Positions 62,281 through 64,000 of a DNA stretch of 64,000 nucleotides are shown one piece after another. The position numbers and the translations under genes were made by a program. The DNA comes from Camelus dromedarius. Taxonomy: Eukaryota. Each line of letters begins with the position of its first letter. Positions within the stretch are counted from its first letter, which is position 1. The notes under the pieces are model-generated. The model saw nothing but the letters and a program-made list of their open reading frames with translations, was not told the origin of the DNA and ran no database searches. Where the stretch lies: NCBI RefSeq assembly GCF_036321535.1, contig NC_087436.1, positions 9,734,001 through 9,798,000 on the forward strand. Reading direction: 5' to 3'.

Positions 62281-62825
62281 TGTTAGGTAGTTAGGTAAGT
62301 GGGGGTACCAGACAGATAAGGTAGAGGAGAAGGGGAGGGTCCAGAAGATGGTGGTGTGCCTGCCTCCAGCATAAAGGGGCTTTACTTCCTCTAAATAAAT
62401 GCCAGCAAGAAACCAGTTAGAACCTGACAGGCACAACCACATGATAGTGACAAGGACCTAACTGGACATGACCCACTGCTCATTGTATTATAACTAACAT
62501 TGCAGTTTAGCATCCCTCCATGGGTGTTTCTGTGTGCATCATGGGTAAGGACATGCACAAAAGGGGCTAAACGCGACAAAGCATTCCAGGAGCAAGAGCT
62601 GTCAATCAAAAGACCACCATTAAGCAAGGATATAAGGGAAAGGGGAGACAAAGGCCACTACTTTTTCTTCCTTGGATCAGCCCACCTCCAGTTCTTGGAG
62701 GTGTACCTTCCTTTTCTAAATAAATCTTTTATAATCTTTCACTACACAATGCACTGTCTCCCGACTATAAACTGATCTTTTGGGTGTATGACAAGAATTG
62801 GAGTCTTTATCTTTTGGGGGCAATA
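62281..62825 (+). mobile_element. ERV1-class solo LTR (MER41-like), copy 3
   Basis: TGTTAGG...GGGGCAATA, GATATAAG TATA-like near 62630, AATAAA 62719-62724; colinear with copies 1 and 2; TSD not recognisable. Confidence 0.9.
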
Positions 62826-64000
62826 TATATCAATTAACAGATGATGCTTAATGCCACCTGTTAACAATTCCACCCACATGTATTGCGTGGCCAAAGGATC
62901 TATCTAGATCAAAAATGGCTATCTGTCCACAAAACCAGATATGCCAGAAATAAAGAATTATTCACTTTACTGTATCTTCAGATTAATTCCCCTTGACATC
63001 CCATTCTACTAGAATAGTAGGAAGTAATTTCATTCCATTTGTAGTTTCCCTCCTCTTCTTCAGGATTCTAAGTTCTGGGGAGCTTACAAAACCCGGGAAT
63101 CAGAGTGTGCACAACCACATTTCAGTGTCGGAACAGGCAGGCATCTGCCAGGAAGCGTAACTTCATGTCTGATCCACAAGGCTCCTTAAGTCAAAGGATT
63201 TCTACACTTTTTCTTACCAGGGACCTAAGAACCACAGCTCTGCCCCAGTGCCAGTCCAGCCAACCTCTCAGTGCCCCGCTGCATCACTGGAATTCTGAGC
63301 ACAGCTCAAACCCCTTTGCAGTCAAGTTCCCCGAAACTTTCAAGGACCTCGCCAGTTCTGGGGACTCTGCGCCCCCTAATATCTCCTCACTGTCACTCAG
63401 CACAGCATTTTAAATGGAGGAGAAAGGGAAGAGGAGGTTCACCCTTTTTTCCAGGATGCTGTCAGGACTTCTGGCTATCTTTGGCTCACTGTTAGCCCAG
63501 TAAGGGACAAGACTTTCAGAAACCTTACAAATAGTTTCTTACCACAAAAAATGTACTCAGACAAGGAAATTAAAATAAATAACATAGAACTTCATCAGAG
63601 ACAGACAGGCTGAGATCTAGGGAAAATCCTGGACTAGTGCCTGCTCGCTGCTCTCCTGGTGGAAATCTTGTATTGCTTTTCCCTCTTCATCTGGTAAACA
63701 TAAACTTATATAAGGAAAAATAAAAACTTTCTTTCCCTTGAGCTCACAATGTGGATGAGCCGGCCCTGTGTAAAACCCGTCTTTTTTTGTTTTCTGTAGA
63801 ACTGTGTGGGTTCTTTTTTGAAATTGTGAAGATGTTTGAAGAAGCATCAGAATTTTCTACAGATTTTTTAGAAAAGGTTAAGCCAGAAGATAGTGAAGTA
63901 GGAAAGATATCTCACCCTCCTTTCCTTTCTAAGTTGCATCCCAAGACAACAGGGAGAACATGAAATAGAAAAAGAAACACCATCTTTGATGCAATGAGGA

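Overview
Mammalian nuclear DNA, most likely camelid: four tRNA-Ala(AGC)-derived vic-1-type SINEs and matching L1 3' ends point to this. I find no credible host protein-coding exon, functional RNA gene or CRISPR array; the ORF track is explained by decayed L1, simple repeats or chance. The window is a transposable-element mosaic: a 5'-intact, 3'-truncated L1 (about 4845-10230), a 5'-truncated L1 (49426-52980), older L1s, L2, MIR, a CR1/L3 remnant, hAT and Tigger DNA transposons, MaLR/ERVL LTRs and ERV1-type LTRs, four of which are related, same-orientation solo LTRs. Repeat-free stretches carry enhancer-like motif clusters. Most notable are a SINE-headed composite insertion carrying about 245 bp of unrelated DNA, a palindrome-dense motif cluster at 15.3-16.1 kb, a twin-primed inverted L1, two ~400-nt pure-purine arrays inside L1 ORF2s and an unidentified ~1.1-kb insertion in an L2. 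I see no evidence of a wholly new biological system. Family names are from recalled consensus features, not database searches, and boundaries of old elements are approximate.
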